A stretch of 64,000 bases of DNA from Mobula hypostoma (taxonomy: Eukaryota): NCBI RefSeq assembly GCF_963921235.1, contig NC_086108.1, forward strand, positions 28,212,001 to 28,276,000. The letters are read 5' to 3'. A model generated the notes under the pieces. The model did not search any database. It saw only the letters and a list, made by a program, of their open reading frames with translations, and had not been told where the DNA came from. A program made the translations under genes and the position numbers. Below, piece by piece: positions 36,760-50,715 of the stretch. Position 1 is the first letter of the stretch. Each line of letters begins with the position of its first letter.

Positions 36760-37452
36760 CAGTAAATGATAGGACCTGGGGCATGTTGTGGAACAGAGAG
36801 ATCTGGAATTCAGGTACCTGGTTCACTGAAAGTAGAGTCACAGGTAGATAGGTTGATGAAGAAGGCTTTTAGCTTGCTGGCCTTCTGTCAGGGCATTAAG
36901 TATAGAAGTTGAGAGGCTATGATGCAGTTGTACAAGGCACTCATAAGGCCATACAGAGTATTGTTTTGGTCACCCTGCTATAGAAAAGATGTTATTAAAC
37001 TGGAAATGTACAGAAATGATTTGCCTGGATGTTGTCAGGACTTGAAAGACTGAATTATAGGGAGAAGTTAGACAAGCTGTGACGATTTTCCTTAGACCAT
37101 AGGATCATATAGAGGTGAATAAAATCATGAGGGGCGCAGATAGAGTAAATGCACTGTCTTTTCCACAGAGTTGAGTATACAAGAATTAGAGGGCATGGTT
37201 TGAGATGAGAGGGGAAATATTTAATAGGAACTTGAGAAGCAGCTTTTTTACAAGATGGCATATGTGGATGAGCTGCCAGAGGAAGTGGTTAACAACTTTA
37301 AAAGACAGTTGGATAGTTAAATGGATAGGAAAGCTTTAGAAGATTATGAGCCAAATGCTAGCAAAGAGGATCAACTTGAATGGGCACCTTGGTTGGCATG
37401 CACCAGTAGGGCCAAAAATCTAGTATACATGTTGTGTGACACTATGACTCTT
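36760..37452 (+). mobile_element. Decayed CR1 3' fragment
   Basis: atgcagttgtacaaggcactcataaggcca (MQLYKALIRP) and tail tgtgacactatgactct. Confidence 0.65.
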
Positions 37453-37808
37453 AGCCACTCTTCAAGCTAAAGGGAGCTTACGTAGGGTTAGAGTGTATTT
37501 AGAGAAAGAAAACAAAAAGCCCTTTGTTAAAACTTTTGATTCTCTCCCCAGAGCTGCCACCTGACCTGCTGAGTTCCTGCATTTTGTGATTTTATTTCAG
37601 ATTTTCAACATGTGCAAACTTTCATTTCTATCATTTATTTCTACTGGTAGGTGGACTTTGCTGCTAATGCAGTGCAGAGAATGGCCAGTTTGAAGCCAGC
37701 TGACTTGTTTAAATGAGCGAATGTGAGGGAGGAATCTAAATGCTTAGGTCCTATTTGGAAGATGAGGAGAAATCCTTCACATTGACATTGGTTCCATTTT
37801 ATCCGCAG

Positions 37809-37940
37809 GAAAAAGGAAACACGCATTTTCTATACGTATTACCTGCGCCGCTTGCCAGGAGTGACACGAGGAGCTTATAAACTGACAGCAGAGAACGTTA
37901 CCTATGGGGACAGTACAGAGACATGGAAAGATTTCAACAG
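37809..37940 (+). CDS. QSOX1: QSOX1 internal coding exon (not in the ORF track)
   Basis: Acceptor ccgcag|G and donor AG|gtttgg; 132 bp; my translation is KKETRIFYTYYLRRLPGVTRGAYKLTAENVTYGDSTETWKDFN; phase fits both neighbours. Confidence 0.9.
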
Positions 37941-39567
37941 GTTTGGCACTTCTAATAGCTGCGTCGGGGAACGGCTATGATCCTCTCTCAACAACTCACA
38001 CCTCCCCATTCTCACCACACTAAACCAGCACTCTGTTCTTTTCCTGTCAGGAGAAGTTCTGGAGAATTGTTGATTGCAGCAACCGGCGAGCACCCCATTT
38101 GCACTCAACCTACACCAATCCCGTTTCTTTCCTCTCCACATTCCCATCAGCTCTCCCGAGGTTCTGTCTCTCACCTACACACCTGTAGCAATTTACAGTG
38201 AACAATTAACTTACCGGCCTGCTTTTGGGCAAAAGGAAACCGGAGCACTCTGGAGGAAGCCCAGGGGATCACAGGGAAAGCGTGCAAACTCAGTACAGAT
38301 AGCACTGTTGGTCAGGTTTGAACCCAGATTATTGGAGCTGTGAAGCAACCACTCTACCAATTGTACCACTGCACCTTCTGAACGTTGAGGGGCAAGCTGC
38401 CATTTTTGAGGAGAATGGGGCAGGATGTTGGTGGGGAAGGTTGGGTTGCAATGGCTTTGCTGCTTCTTCCAGGCACCAGGGGGAGCACATGGCCAGACAG
38501 GCTCTCACCAGGTGAGCATAACCTGCATTCTCTGACACTCTGGCCTGTAGTGGCCCACTCTTGGCCGGCAAAGAGCACCACGAAATTGAACCCAGCATGG
38601 ACAGGCTCATTCCCAGACCACAAGCTGTTGCCTGGCAAGACATTCTTAATTAAGATAGGGGTGTGGATCCCTGCACTTTGAACTGGCATCAGCACTTTCT
38701 TGTAAAAGCTGAAGCTGGGGAGAGTCTGCTGACCATCAATGGTTATGCACCATCAATTCATGATAACATCTCATGGTAGAATGCCAAATTCAATGGAGCA
38801 ATGCACAAATGCTGGAGAAACTCTGTGGGTCAGGCAGCATCTGTGGAAGGAAACGGACAGTGGGTCTTTAGACACTTAAGCTGGTCCAGCAGCACTGCAG
38901 TGCTTAGTACATTGCTCCAGATTCCAGCATCTGGATTCCCTGTGCCTCCATTTTAAATGGAACATCTCTTTTAGTTGCTAGAAATCAGCTTCAGAAATGC
39001 CAGTCAGAAACCAATCTCAAGCAGGGCTTGATTGAACTTCCAGTCCTTCAGCAGGATGAAGACTCTTTGCATTACTCAGCTTAACCGGGATGCAGTCATC
39101 AACCAAGAGGCAATCAGGCACTTAGCACAGCTTGTCCTATCAGATGATTACAAAGGCTTCCTTCCATCTCCACCAAGGTTGAGAGGACCAGGATCCTTAT
39201 CAGCATTATTTTTTAAAATCCAATTGAGTCTCAAATCCAAGTCCACCTGCCTACATTTTTTTTTACTGTAAAAGCATCAGTGATAAACCCCAGAAAAAAG
39301 GTGGATCCACCGAATCCAATATTAGCGCAGCGCAGACTGGCCTCTCTCTAATGGCCTTGGGGGCATTATAACCACTGTGAAGTTTGTTCTAAAACTGATC
39401 GTATTACGAAACATGCATGGCTTTTGGTTAAATGGACATACTGAATCTATTATTTATCTGCAGTCAGTAAAGTCCTGCAGTGAGGAAATCAGTCCTTCAT
39501 TTGTATAGCCATCTCTACTTCTAGGTCTAGTGGCTTCCTTGTCTAAGTAATGGTGTGAAATGTAGCC

Positions 39568-39980
39568 ATGTCTGTCTGTCTCTCTCCCTCTCTCTCTCTT
39601 TGTCACTCTCTCTGTCCTCCTCTTGCTCACACTCTCTGTCTGTCACTCATGCTCTCGCTGTTTGTCTGTAGCCCTCTCTCATGGGCTTTCTCGCTGTCTC
39701 TCCTTTCTACCTGTCACTGGCCCTTTTTTCTCACACTCTTTCTCACTGTCTTTATTTCTCATTCTCTCTCACTGACTGGCTTTCTATTTCCCTCTTGCTT
39801 GTCTTTCTATCTCTCTCTTGTCAGTCTTTTGGTGTCTTTCTCTCTCTCTGTCACTCACTCTCTCACTCGCTTTCTCTCTCACTCTCTCACTCTCCCACTC
39901 ACTCACTCGCTCTCTCTCTCACTCTCTCACTCACTCACTCACTCTCACTCACTCTTTCGTCATCTCCCTCTCTCTCACTA
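39568..39980. repeat. (TC)n/(TCAC)n low-complexity repeat
   Basis: Seen directly in sequence. Confidence 0.85.
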
Positions 39981-40252
39981 GCAATGTAGCTGGGTCAAGC
40001 TGTTCCTGTATCCCACACTCTGCTGAAGCATAAATGTATCTCTGTCCCTCATTTGATGCATTCCTCTCTCCATCTAGAGATTTAACTCTTAAGACTACCT
40101 TCATCCCCTTCCCACTATCCTCTTGTACATCGGCACTCCTTCTTCAGGGCCAAGTTGTAGTTGTATCCTCCTGGCTAAAGTGTTCTAGTGTCCCTCTCTG
40201 CTCCAGGGTATGTATTTCAGTGTATTTTTGCCAATGTTCCTCCTCTTTGCAG

Positions 40253-40382
40253 TTCCAAGCTGTATATGAGTGATCTGGAGTCTTCCCTTTACTATTCCCT
40301 CAAGATGGAAGTGGTGAAACATCAGGAACTCTCAGGGGATACCCTCATGGCACTGAAAAACTTCATCACCGTGCTGACAAAG
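40253..40382 (+). CDS. QSOX1: QSOX1 internal coding exon (helix-rich region)
   Basis: Acceptor ctttgcag|T and donor AAG|gttagt; 130 bp; SKLYMSDLESSLYYSLKMEVVKHQELSGDTLMALKNFITVLTK. Confidence 0.93.
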
Positions 40383-40699
40383 GTTAGTTGGGCAGAGTTG
40401 TTGGTCATTTACTTTAAAGTACATTGATTCAGCAGTTCGCCTGAACAGACAGAGTAGTAATTCAATGAACGCCATTTCATGAATTTACAGATGTGTTATT
40501 TTTATCTTGAATCTGATACTCTTTTTAAAAATGTATGCACAGCTTTGGGCTGAGAGAGCAAAGCCAGCATTTATTGACTATCCCTGACTGTTCTTCAGAA
40601 GATGGAGTGTTGCCTTCTTGAACCAATGCAGTCTGCAGCTCCAAGATTGTGATCCAGCAACAATATTATCTTAGGTGTTCAGCGAAACAGTCTCCCAGC

Positions 40700-41155
40700 C
40701 TGCGTCGGGTCTTGCCTCCAACCTGATGGCATGAACATTGACTTTTCTAACTTCTGTCAATGCCCCTCCTCCCCCTCGTATCCCATCCATTATTTATTTA
40801 TATATATATTCTTTTTCTCTCTCTCCTTTTTCTCCTCTGTCCCTCTCTCTATACTCCTTGCCCATCCTCTGGGTTTCACCCCTCCCCCTTTCTTTCTCCT
40901 TAGGCCTCCTGTCCCATGATCCTCTCATATCCCTTTTGCCAAGCACCTGTCCAGCTCTTGGCTCCATCCCTCCCCCTCCTGTCTTCTCCTATCATTTTGG
41001 ATCTCCCCCTCCCCCTCCCACTTTCAAATCTCTTACTAGCTCTTCTTTCAGTTAGTCCTGACGAAGGGTCTCGGTCCGAAATGTTGACTGTACCTCTTCC
41101 AATAGATGCTGCCTGGCCTGCTGCGTTCACCAGCAACTTTTATGTGTGTTGCTGG
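40700..41155 (+). mobile_element. Penelope-like element 3' end with degenerate hammerhead
   Basis: ORF end LQPDGMNIDFSNF, pyrimidine tract, then gtcctgacgaagggtctcggtccgaaatgtt. Confidence 0.8.
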
Positions 41156-41699
41156 AATAAACTGTTTATTCCTTTCCATAGATTCTACCTGTCCTGCTGA
41201 GTTCTTCCAGCATTTTCTATGTGTAACAATAATATACTGCCTAGTCAGAATAGTGGACATCTTGGTGGGGAATTTTCTGGGCATCTTTCCTACTGGGATA
41301 TACTGGGACATTCCATAGAATCATACAGCACAGGAACAGACCCTTTGGCCCAGTTGGTCCATGCCAGCCAAGGTACCCCATCCAAACTGGTCTCATTTGC
41401 CTGCGTTTGGCTCATGACCTTTGGATCTTTCCAAGTACACAAACCACGTGGGGGTGGGGGAGTTGAAGTGTTGGTGGTGGGAAGGTGGTGAGTGATCAAT
41501 TAAGGAGGGTAATGGGGGTGAGGCAGTCAAAGGCTACCTTGACCTGGATGGTGGTGAGCATTCTTCTATCTGAATTTTCTGTGCCTTCCGATAATGGATC
41601 CTTTCTACTTCAGTGTTGAGCTCCTTACAGGAAGGAACTGGAAAGCCATTTTTATTACACTTGAACTTCACAATGTAATGGCACTTCCCACCTAAAAGG

Positions 41700-41880
41700 T
41701 ATTTGTGTGTTCTCCCCGTGACAGTATGGGTTTCCTCCAGGTGCTCCAGTTTCTTCCCATAGTCCAAAGATTGTGCTGGATTAATTGGTCATTGCAAATT
41801 GTCCCATGATTAACCTAGGATTAAATTGGGGGATTGCTGGGCTGGAAGGGTGTAGTCCATGCTGTATCTCAATAAAAAAA
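41700..41880 (+). mobile_element. V-SINE-like element
   Basis: gtgttctccccgtgac...gggtttcctccaggtgctccagtttcttcccatagtccaaaga core and A-rich tail. Confidence 0.7.
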
Positions 41881-44669
41881 ATTTAAAATGAGATATTTCC
41901 ATAGAATAGCAGAATACTCTTGCCTCTCTTGTTACAGTACAGCTCTCTCACAGCTACAGTGACATGGGTTCATTCCTGACTTCGGATTACTTTCCACAGT
42001 CTCTCTGTGGCTTTGCAGAGTTCCTCACACTTCCCAAAGTATTAACTTTATAACATTTTGTGTGATAACTTTTGTTTGTTTCTCCAGTGTTGTAATTGGT
42101 CTAGAGGTGAGAGCTGTTTACCACTCCCCCCTCCACCCCACCCCTGTGAAACAGGAAGTGATTAGCATTTGTAAGAATTGAGAGCTATAGCCGGTCATCA
42201 AGATGTGGGCTGATCTCCCTCGGTGATACATCTGGTTCTGAAATCAGCCTGAGGCAAATTTTCACCCAAAGAACTTCCTTCATAGTGAATTCATTTTTAA
42301 GTTTCGAGTGAACCTGTTGAGGTTAAAGGGGGCAATTATTAAGTGATTGCCCGAATTCTGCTGGATTTTGCCACATTTAGGCAAATCCACTTCCTGTCGT
42401 TTTGGAGGCAAGAGAAAATTTGCAGATGCTGGAAATCTGAGCAACACACACAACATGCTTAAGGAACTCAGCAGGCCAGGCAGCATCTATGGAAAAATAG
42501 CACAGATGACGTTTTGGTCCAAAACCCTTTGGCAGGACTGTCAGTTTGGCTTTAGAAATTCACCTTTACAAAATTTTCAAGTCACTACTATAAACTTGCT
42601 TTGTGTGAAGGCAAATAAACATAACTTTTGTTTTAACTCACATTTCTTGACGTGTCACATAACAGAAAATCAGGATACAGCCTGTTTTCTAGGAATACAG
42701 TTCCTCCATAATGTGGGGTTCACCTGCCTATTCTTTTTCTCTGTGAGCTGTGGTAAAATGGACAGGTGCTTAATATAGAACCTTTGTTCTACAGTATATG
42801 CTACAGTGACCAAGGAAAATAAGCATTTGTAATATTTTCAGGCCATTGCAAGGGTAATCACTCTTGGAACCAAAACAGTTTTTCCTAAACTGCTTTGTGC
42901 AACAAAAGTCCGTCCATGGGTCAAAATGATGCTTGAGTCACTGGATTAGAGCCTCTACCACTGACCTTGGCATCTTATTCTGGTTTGGCTGTGAACAGCT
43001 GAAGGACTGAACTTTGGATTGAGGACGAAGAGACTGCACTCAGGGCTGGCATCGTGAGGTCATCTTCCAGGAGCTGCAGGAACTCCTGACGTTTAAGATG
43101 CTGGATTTTTAGTTTGACAAATTTTGATAGGTGGTGACACTCAACTGTAGACTCGAGTTCTGAGCACCTGCCCCCCCTGAGTCCCCTTTGTTCAGCTGAA
43201 GTTCAGTGGCAGTGGTACTCAGTGTTGCTATTCTTTCAACTCCTCGTGATCAGGTGGTCAGATTCAAAGCCGACTGAAACCTCTAACCCCTGCAGATGGG
43301 CTGCTTGTTCTCCTTGTTGGCAGGAGGTTTGCTGGGCCATCGAGCTATGGATAGTCCGGCCCCCTTCATGATCAGCAAGTGGTCACAGAATTGACATCTT
43401 GATCTTTACAGCCACTGTTTACAGGGTCACTGGTCCCAAACAAAAGGGTATTAGCAAGATCAATGGGTTTTGTCAGCTGGCAAAGTGAACAATTTAAAAG
43501 ACACATCCAGGAGGAGAAGAAGGAGGAACCCTGTCTTCTGGGAGGTCCAGTTCACCTCAATAACATATCCACCCCAAGCCGTGGATTAAAATATCATTTT
43601 GATAAAGAAAGGAGAGGAAGCCATGCATTTTGTTTTATTTCATAATTTAGGTTAATATTTTAAACTGGCCTGAACATGTTTGTTAATGTCTGTACTGTCA
43701 ACGCTATTCTAGAAACAGTACAAAACCCTTTGAGAGTGGTGAGCTGTCAAAGGTCATCAGGGCATTGGGGGGGAGGGGCAGTGAGGGGGGAGGAGACACA
43801 TCCTCAGGACCTGCCTCCTGATGCCTTCTCATCACTGAGAATGTCCTCTGCCCCGTGACTCTTCAGAAGGGTTAAATGTGGGCAAGTGGATACTGCTGTC
43901 AGAAGTGCAGGCAGCATGCCAAGTCTGGCCCAACTTGTCACCACACATTACCTCCCTAGTCTTCTGTATTTGCACCCTGCATGCATTTCCATGCCATTTT
44001 AAATATAATTAAACATACAGGGAGATATTGGGGCACATGATGAAAAGTTTAATTGCAGGCAGAGCTGCAACTAAAGATTGGAGAAGAGAGCAGAGGGCAG
44101 AAAGAAGCCATGTTCCATTTACATCTGTCATGTCCCGTACAGGACTGTCCAAAGTGTTTTACAGCCAAGGTAGGTAGTCACGGTTCAGATGTAGGAAAAC
44201 TGGCACAGCAAGAATCCAGAAACAGAAGCGTTTTAATGACTGGATTATTGGCAATTGATAATATGGATATGGGACAGTCAGTAGAGCTGTGCCTTTATAG
44301 CCGCAGTGACACTGGTCCAATCCTAACCTCCAGTTCTCTGTGGGAGGAGTCTGGCCATTCTTCTTGTGACTGTGTGGCTTTCCTTCCATGTCGTAAAGAC
44401 ATGCAGATTGGTCGATTAATCGACCACTTTAAATTACACCTAGTATGCAGATGATTGGTGGAGCAGTTGTGGGTGGGAGATCGGTGTTTGGATGAAGGAA
44501 GTGTGGAAGAAATAAAAAGGAATTAGTGCAAGTGGGTGGTTGGTGGTGACTGGGCAACTTTGGTTCAGCTGACTGAATCAGGCAATGCTTAAAGGTAACA
44601 GAGCATCCCTGGATCAAGACAGATGCATCTATTCCCAATCCATTAGGAAACATAGCAAAGAGCAGATCC

Positions 44670-45405
44670 AAAACACAAAAGATTCTGCAGATGCAAAAAT
44701 TCAGTGCAAAACACACAGAATGCAGCAAGTCGGGCATCGTCTATGAAAATGAATATACAGTTGACATTTCAGGCTGAGACCCTTCATCAGGACTGGAAAG
44801 GAAGGGGAAAGATGCCAGAATATAAAGTGGGGTGAGGGGAAGGAGGGCAAGCTGGAAGGTGATTAGTGAAGCAGGTGGGTGGGAAAGGTAAAGGGCTGGA
44901 GAAGAAGGAATCTGATCGGAAAGGAGAGGGGCTTTGGGAGAAAAGGAAAAAGGAGGTAAGAGGCCAAACTGGGGAGTAGAAGAAGAGGGAAGGGGGGGGG
45001 AAGAAAAAGAGAAATAAAATTCCAGAAGGAGAAACGGATGTTCATGCCATCAGGTCATAGTCTGCCTTGAGTGAGGTGTTCCTCCACCGTGAGAGTGGCC
45101 TCATCGTGGCCACGGACCGACATCTCAGAATGGGAATGGGGATAGGAATTAAAATGGCTGGCCACCAGGAAGTTCCGCTTATGGCGGATGGAGCAGAGGT
45201 GCTCAATAAAATGGTTCCCCAACTATGGTTGGGTCTTACCATTGTAGAGGAGGCCGCATCGGGAGCACCAGATACAATAGGCGAACCCAATGGTTTCACA
45301 GGTGAGGTGTTGCCTCAGCTGGAAGGACTGATTGGGGCCCTGAATAGAGGTGAGTGAGGAGATGAATGGGCAGGTGTCGCATTTCTCCCTCTTACAGGGA
45401 TATGT
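44670..45405 (-). mobile_element. Penelope-like element fragment with GIY-YIG endonuclease remnant and hammerhead motif
   Basis: Reverse strand reads YCIWCSRCGLLYNGKT...LGNHFIEHL...VASHFNS..HS; motif agtcCTGATGAagggtctcagcctGAAAtgtc at 44758-44795. Confidence 0.8.
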
Positions 45406-45882
45406 AAGTATCCCTATGAGAAGAAAGCAAATCCAAATGGCAAAAAAACACTTTTTTAATACATGGTGTGGCCTTTTTATGATTTCTACATGATTTAATT
45501 TTATTTAAATTAGTAGTAATAGATAACTATCCACCTGAGCTCTTTTTCAAAGAGCGCATGTGTATTCTTTGCCACTAATAAGATCACCTGGGGACATAAA
45601 TCTCTGTATGATTGTGTGCATGCATGCACACCTGAGTTTTTTATACGTGTGTGCATATACACCAGTGTTAGATGCACCTGATTTTATGTGGTGTGCACAC
45701 GCCCCTGATTTTGCGTAGTGCGCACTTGTGTCTGATTTGGGGTGGCGTTCACGTGCACCTGTTATTGTGAAGTGTGCGCATACACCAGATTCTGGGTGGT
45801 CTGCATGAGCAGCTGTTTCGTGCGGTGTGCACGTACACCTGTCTTTGTATGGTGTGCATGCTTAAGTTCCTAAGTATTGTGC

Positions 45883-45884
<2 letters not shown>

Positions 45885-45922
<38 letters not shown>
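45885..45922. repeat. (GT)n microsatellite
   Basis: About 19 GT units. Confidence 0.95.
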
Positions 45923-45925
<3 letters not shown>

Positions 45926-47542
45926 TCTGTCAGCCAGTGTATGAGACTGTACCTGTGTTCTATGCCTCTCCATGCAGGCATGTAAAAGGTTGCTCTCTGT
46001 TGATCTACAGGGGTAAGAGTTGCCCTGTGAAAGGTTTTGAAATCCAATTATAGCAGTTTCAGTGCTGAACAGTACAGACTGAGGCCACCAGCTCTGTCCC
46101 AGGCTGTGCTGTGGGCTGGCGGAGAGGAAGTAAACTACTCAGTAAGCCACGGTAATCTTGTTTTTACCCTCTTGTGGTGAGTGTTCCCAGATCCCATGGT
46201 GTTTGTCTGCACACTGATACTAATTGAATTTTGGTTGCTGTTATTGAACAGAAGTAGATTTTCTGGGTCCTTGGAGGCCGGGGTTGTTGGATTGAAGCAG
46301 ACATGATTTTATCTCAGTCCAGATCTGAGTGTTCAGTGTGGTCAGCAGTAGAATACAAATAGGAGACAATACGAACTTGCTCGTGTCCTGTGGGGTGAGG
46401 TGGGGGTGACACAGGAGCTGCAAAAACGGGTTTCTTCTCTGAAAATGAAATAATGCCAAGAGAAAACTCCCTTACAGTGGCCTGCTCTCTTCTTTCACCC
46501 TCAGTAACCTGGTGTGATAGCATAGTGAGGTCTGGCAAACTGACTACAAACACTGTCCTGAGCTCCTGCAATAAGATGGGAGGGGGACTGCATTGGCCTC
46601 CCATGCCCTTTCAGGTGGGAAATGCTGTGATTTCATCGGCATTGTGTTATCTCAGCAGCTCGAATGATTTACTTCTGAAATGACTGCTCCTGTTGCTTCC
46701 TGAGCTGGTGTCAGGGTATCAATATGTGTGCTCAGCAGTTCTATGCAAAGGTTCCCATAACGTAGGTCTGGAGGTTGAATTTCAGCTTTAACTGTGTTGG
46801 ACAATCCTCGTGCAAATTACATACATAGTTGTGCTGATTGCCAAAACCCGTTTGATAGTCTGAGTTTCTGGCACAAACTCAGAGACCAGCCAGTTATTCT
46901 TTCATTTATCTAGAAAACTGATGAAAGACAATGTACATACCATGACTGTAAGTAGCTACATTGCCCCATATGCATTTTTCTTAATGAGTTTTGAAGTGTC
47001 CATGCTTTGAATTGATATTGCAAGGCATCCATCGTATAGGTGTCAAAACGTAATTTGCCTTCGTGAGCTGAGGTGTATGTATGTGACTGGCCTGACAGGC
47101 TCCACAGTCAAACATACTGCCGGCTGTCATCGTTTACAGTCAGCTTGTCTGCCATTTCCTGGCTTTAAAGATTTCTAAGTGAAATTTACCTAATTTTATA
47201 TTAGGAGAAAGTTTGTGATGCCAAAATGCACCATCTTTTTGCTTATAGCCGTGCTGAAGGGGGGCTTGGGAAATCTAATGCTTTGTAGTGTGTTGTTCTG
47301 GGATGAGAATACATTGTGATCTCACAGGAAGCCTAGCTCAGACGTCTGGTCTGAAATGCACTCCTCAATGACTATACAGGTTTCAGGTAGTAGTCAGTGC
47401 CATGATAGGGGTCTGCTTCTTTGGAGAGATGAACCTAATGATGTTCCTTACAGGTATTGATTCCGAAGAAAGCTGAGGACACAAGGACAAAACATGTTTA
47501 TTCCGAATTGTTGACAAAATGCTATTTTTCTTTGTTCCCTAG

Positions 47543-47665
47543 TTCTTTCCTGGTCGGCCGTTCATTATGAAGCTGCTTCAAATAACTGACACCTGGCTGA
47601 GAGATGTTGGCACAGGGCCAGTCTCCTCCAGAGCACTTATGGATGTGCTCAACAACAAGAACAGG
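47543..47665 (+). CDS. QSOX1: QSOX1 internal coding exon (not in the ORF track)
   Basis: Acceptor ttccctag|TTC and donor AGG|gtaagc; 123 bp; FFPGRPFIMKLLQITDTWLRDVGTGPVSSRALMDVLNNKNR, containing the FPGRP motif. Confidence 0.92.
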
Positions 47666-49544
47666 GTAAGCTGCCTGCTGTTGCACTGCGTAAAGGGATT
47701 GTGACCTGGTTTCTCACCATATTGATTCCTTCCTGGGGTCATGGAGTAGGATAAATCTTACAATGAAGTGGTTGGAAGCTAGAACTCGAACTCGCTCCCA
47801 CAAAGAGTACATGTAATAAATGTTATGATGCATTTAGGAGGACGCTGTAAAGCGTAAGAGGGAAAAAAGAATAGAACTATACACAGACAGAGCGAGCAGT
47901 ATTTTACAAAGTGGTTTGAGTAATTAGCACAAGCATAACATTAGAATGGGCACTGGAATGCATCATTCATCAAGACCATCCACCTCAACACGATTTCCCT
48001 ACCCTATCCACATATCTCTTGATTCCCCTAGTGTTTAGATTTCTTCTGAACCTTGCTTTGAATGAGCACAATGTTTGTTTACCTCTGTGTCAAATATTTT
48101 TTTCTCAGCTCAAGGGTTGCAGGGCCACAAGTAACTAGTATTTTATTTTATACTCAACTCCCTGTTATTGTTTTAAAAATCTGCAGATCTTACAGTCTGT
48201 TGTATTTGGAAAAGCACTGTGAAGTGAGTACTTACCTCACCAGTACTGCAGCCCAACCTTAAATGATGACATCTATTGCCACCAGTCCTTCGCCTTAGTG
48301 TTTTATAGTGCTTGGTTTGTAATCGTAACGTTAAACCATGTTCCACAGCAGCAGACTTTTACCCACCAGTACTACACAATGGCATTATACCATGACAGAC
48401 CCGTGCCCAGCAGTACTTTAACCCAGTGTAACACAGTGGCTGATGTGTGTCCACTCGTACAGTATATATGTTGTATAAAGATGGGCCTGCATCCATCAGT
48501 CATGTAATCAGTGACGGACTGGTGCCAGCAGTGTAGAGCTGAATGAGGACTCAAGCCTAGAAGATCAAACAAGATCCAGCATTGTTGCTGCGACTGTGAA
48601 CCCTGGTGCCAGAGCCAGGCCTGATATGGTTGCTGAAATGCAAGTCATAGCCATGTGGATTGGGCCAATACATGGACCAGGCAGACAGTCCAGGGTGTAA
48701 AGTGCAACATTTTGTCTTCCTATTCACTCTATGTCGCTAGCCAACTGTCTCTCCTGTTAAGGAGCTGGGGATTTGTGGCTAAGTCCTCTCAAGCTCTGTC
48801 GTTTTTCTAGAAGAATCAGTTCAGTCGACAGTACACACCCTGGATGTAAAGCCATGTGCAGTTCTTTGGCCTGTCCCACCATTTTCCAAGGGGCCAGGAC
48901 CCCACCTGGCAGTCTGGGGATGTTCTCCAGTACTCAGTAGTCAGGTTGTCTTACCCTGCCATGGCCTACTCTGTAAGGTGGTCATCAGTATTCCGGTCAT
49001 CGCCTATCACAACAGCAGACCAGAGGACAAGCAATGAAGACAACTGAGCAGCAAGGTGAGGATCCACATCAGGGCAGTCAAAAATGCTGGAGGCAAAGGA
49101 AGTACTCAGTCCAAATCCTCAAGGACAGGTTTCTCCAAAGAAAACGCCTTCTCACCTTCTTCATATCTGGTGGAGCAGCGTTTGATCCTAGAAAAGTTTT
49201 ACTAGCCGCATAACGTATCCCAGCTCACAGACTCATTGTCAAGTCAATCACACAGTACAGGGTCATTTAACCCTGCAGAATATTCTTGGGAATAATTTAT
49301 ACTCTGTGAATCATTACCTCTGCTAGAACTGTTAATGATTTCAATAAAGCAACTTAGCTTAAAATAGTCAAAGATATTCTTTCTCTTATACGGTAGGCTG
49401 AAGCTTCCTGTTCACTTCTTAGTCTCAGTAAGTCATCACAACAAATGCTTATTCAACACATCAGTATTGCCATCATTACACATATAAATGTTATTCCTCA
49501 TTAGCCATAGATTCTCTTCACCTTTCACATAAAACAACTGTCAT

Positions 49545-50715
49545 ACCTTTGAAGAAATAACAAGCAGGATAGACAAAGGAGAATTGATTGATGTTGTGTA
49601 CTTGGATTTTCAGAAGGCCTTTGACAAGGTGCCACACATGAGGCTGCTTAACAAGTTAAGAGCCCACGGTATTACAGGAAAGATTCTAGCATGATAAAGC
49701 AGTGGCTTATCGACAGCAGGCAAACGGTGGGAATGAAGCTACCAGTAACTAGTGGTGTTCCACAGGAGTCTGTGTTGGGACCCATTCTTTTTACGTTATA
49801 TGTCAATGATTTGCATGATGCAAAGTTTGCAGAGAATATGAAGATAGTGGGGGAAGGTAGTTTTGAGGATGTAGGCTACAGAAGGACTTAGACAGATCAG
49901 GACAATGGACAAAAAAAGTGGCAGATGAAATACAGCGTCAGGAAGTGTATGGTCATGCACTTTGGTAGAAGAAATAAAAGGGTTGGCTATTTTCTAAATG
50001 TAGAGAAAATACAAAAACCTAAGGCACAAAGGGACTTGGGAATGCTAGTGCAGAATTCCCAAAAGTTTAATTTGCTGGTTGAGACTGTGCTGAGGAAGAC
50101 AAATGTGATGTTAGCATTCATTTCAGGAGGACTAGAATATAAAGGTAAGGATGTAATGTTGAGACTTCATAAAGCACTGGTGAGACCTCATTTGGACTAT
50201 TGTGAGCAGTTTAGGGACCGTTATCTTAGAAACAATGTACTAACAGTGGAGAGGATTCAAAGGAGATTCTCAAAAATAATTCCAGGGTTGAACGACTTGT
50301 TATATGAAGAGTGTTTGATGGCTCTGGGCCTATATTCACTCGAATTCAGTGAGCGGCCTTGATAGAGTGGATATGGAGAGAATGGATCCTTTGGTGGGAG
50401 AGTCTAAGACTAGAGGACTCACCCTCAGAATAGAGGGGCATCCTTTTATAATGGAGATAAGGAGGAATTTCTTTAGCTAGAGAGTGGGTGAATCTGTGGA
50501 ATTCATTGCCATAGGCAGCTGTGAAGGCCAAGTCTTTATGTATATTTAAGGCAGAGATTGACAGGTTCTTGATTGGCTAGGGCGTGAAAGGATGCCGAGA
50601 GGGGTGGGTGGGGGGAATGGTGTGAAGGCAGGAGGTTGGGGCTGAGGGGAAAAAATGGATCAGATGTGACGAAGGGCCAGAAGGCCTAATTCTGCTCCTA
50701 TAACTTATGGTCTTG
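49545..50715 (+). mobile_element. CR1 LINE, RT half and 3'UTR
   Basis: DVVYLDFQKAFDKVPH, SGVPQESVLGPILF, LVRPHLDYCEQF; end gcctaattctgctcctataacttatgg. Confidence 0.9.
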
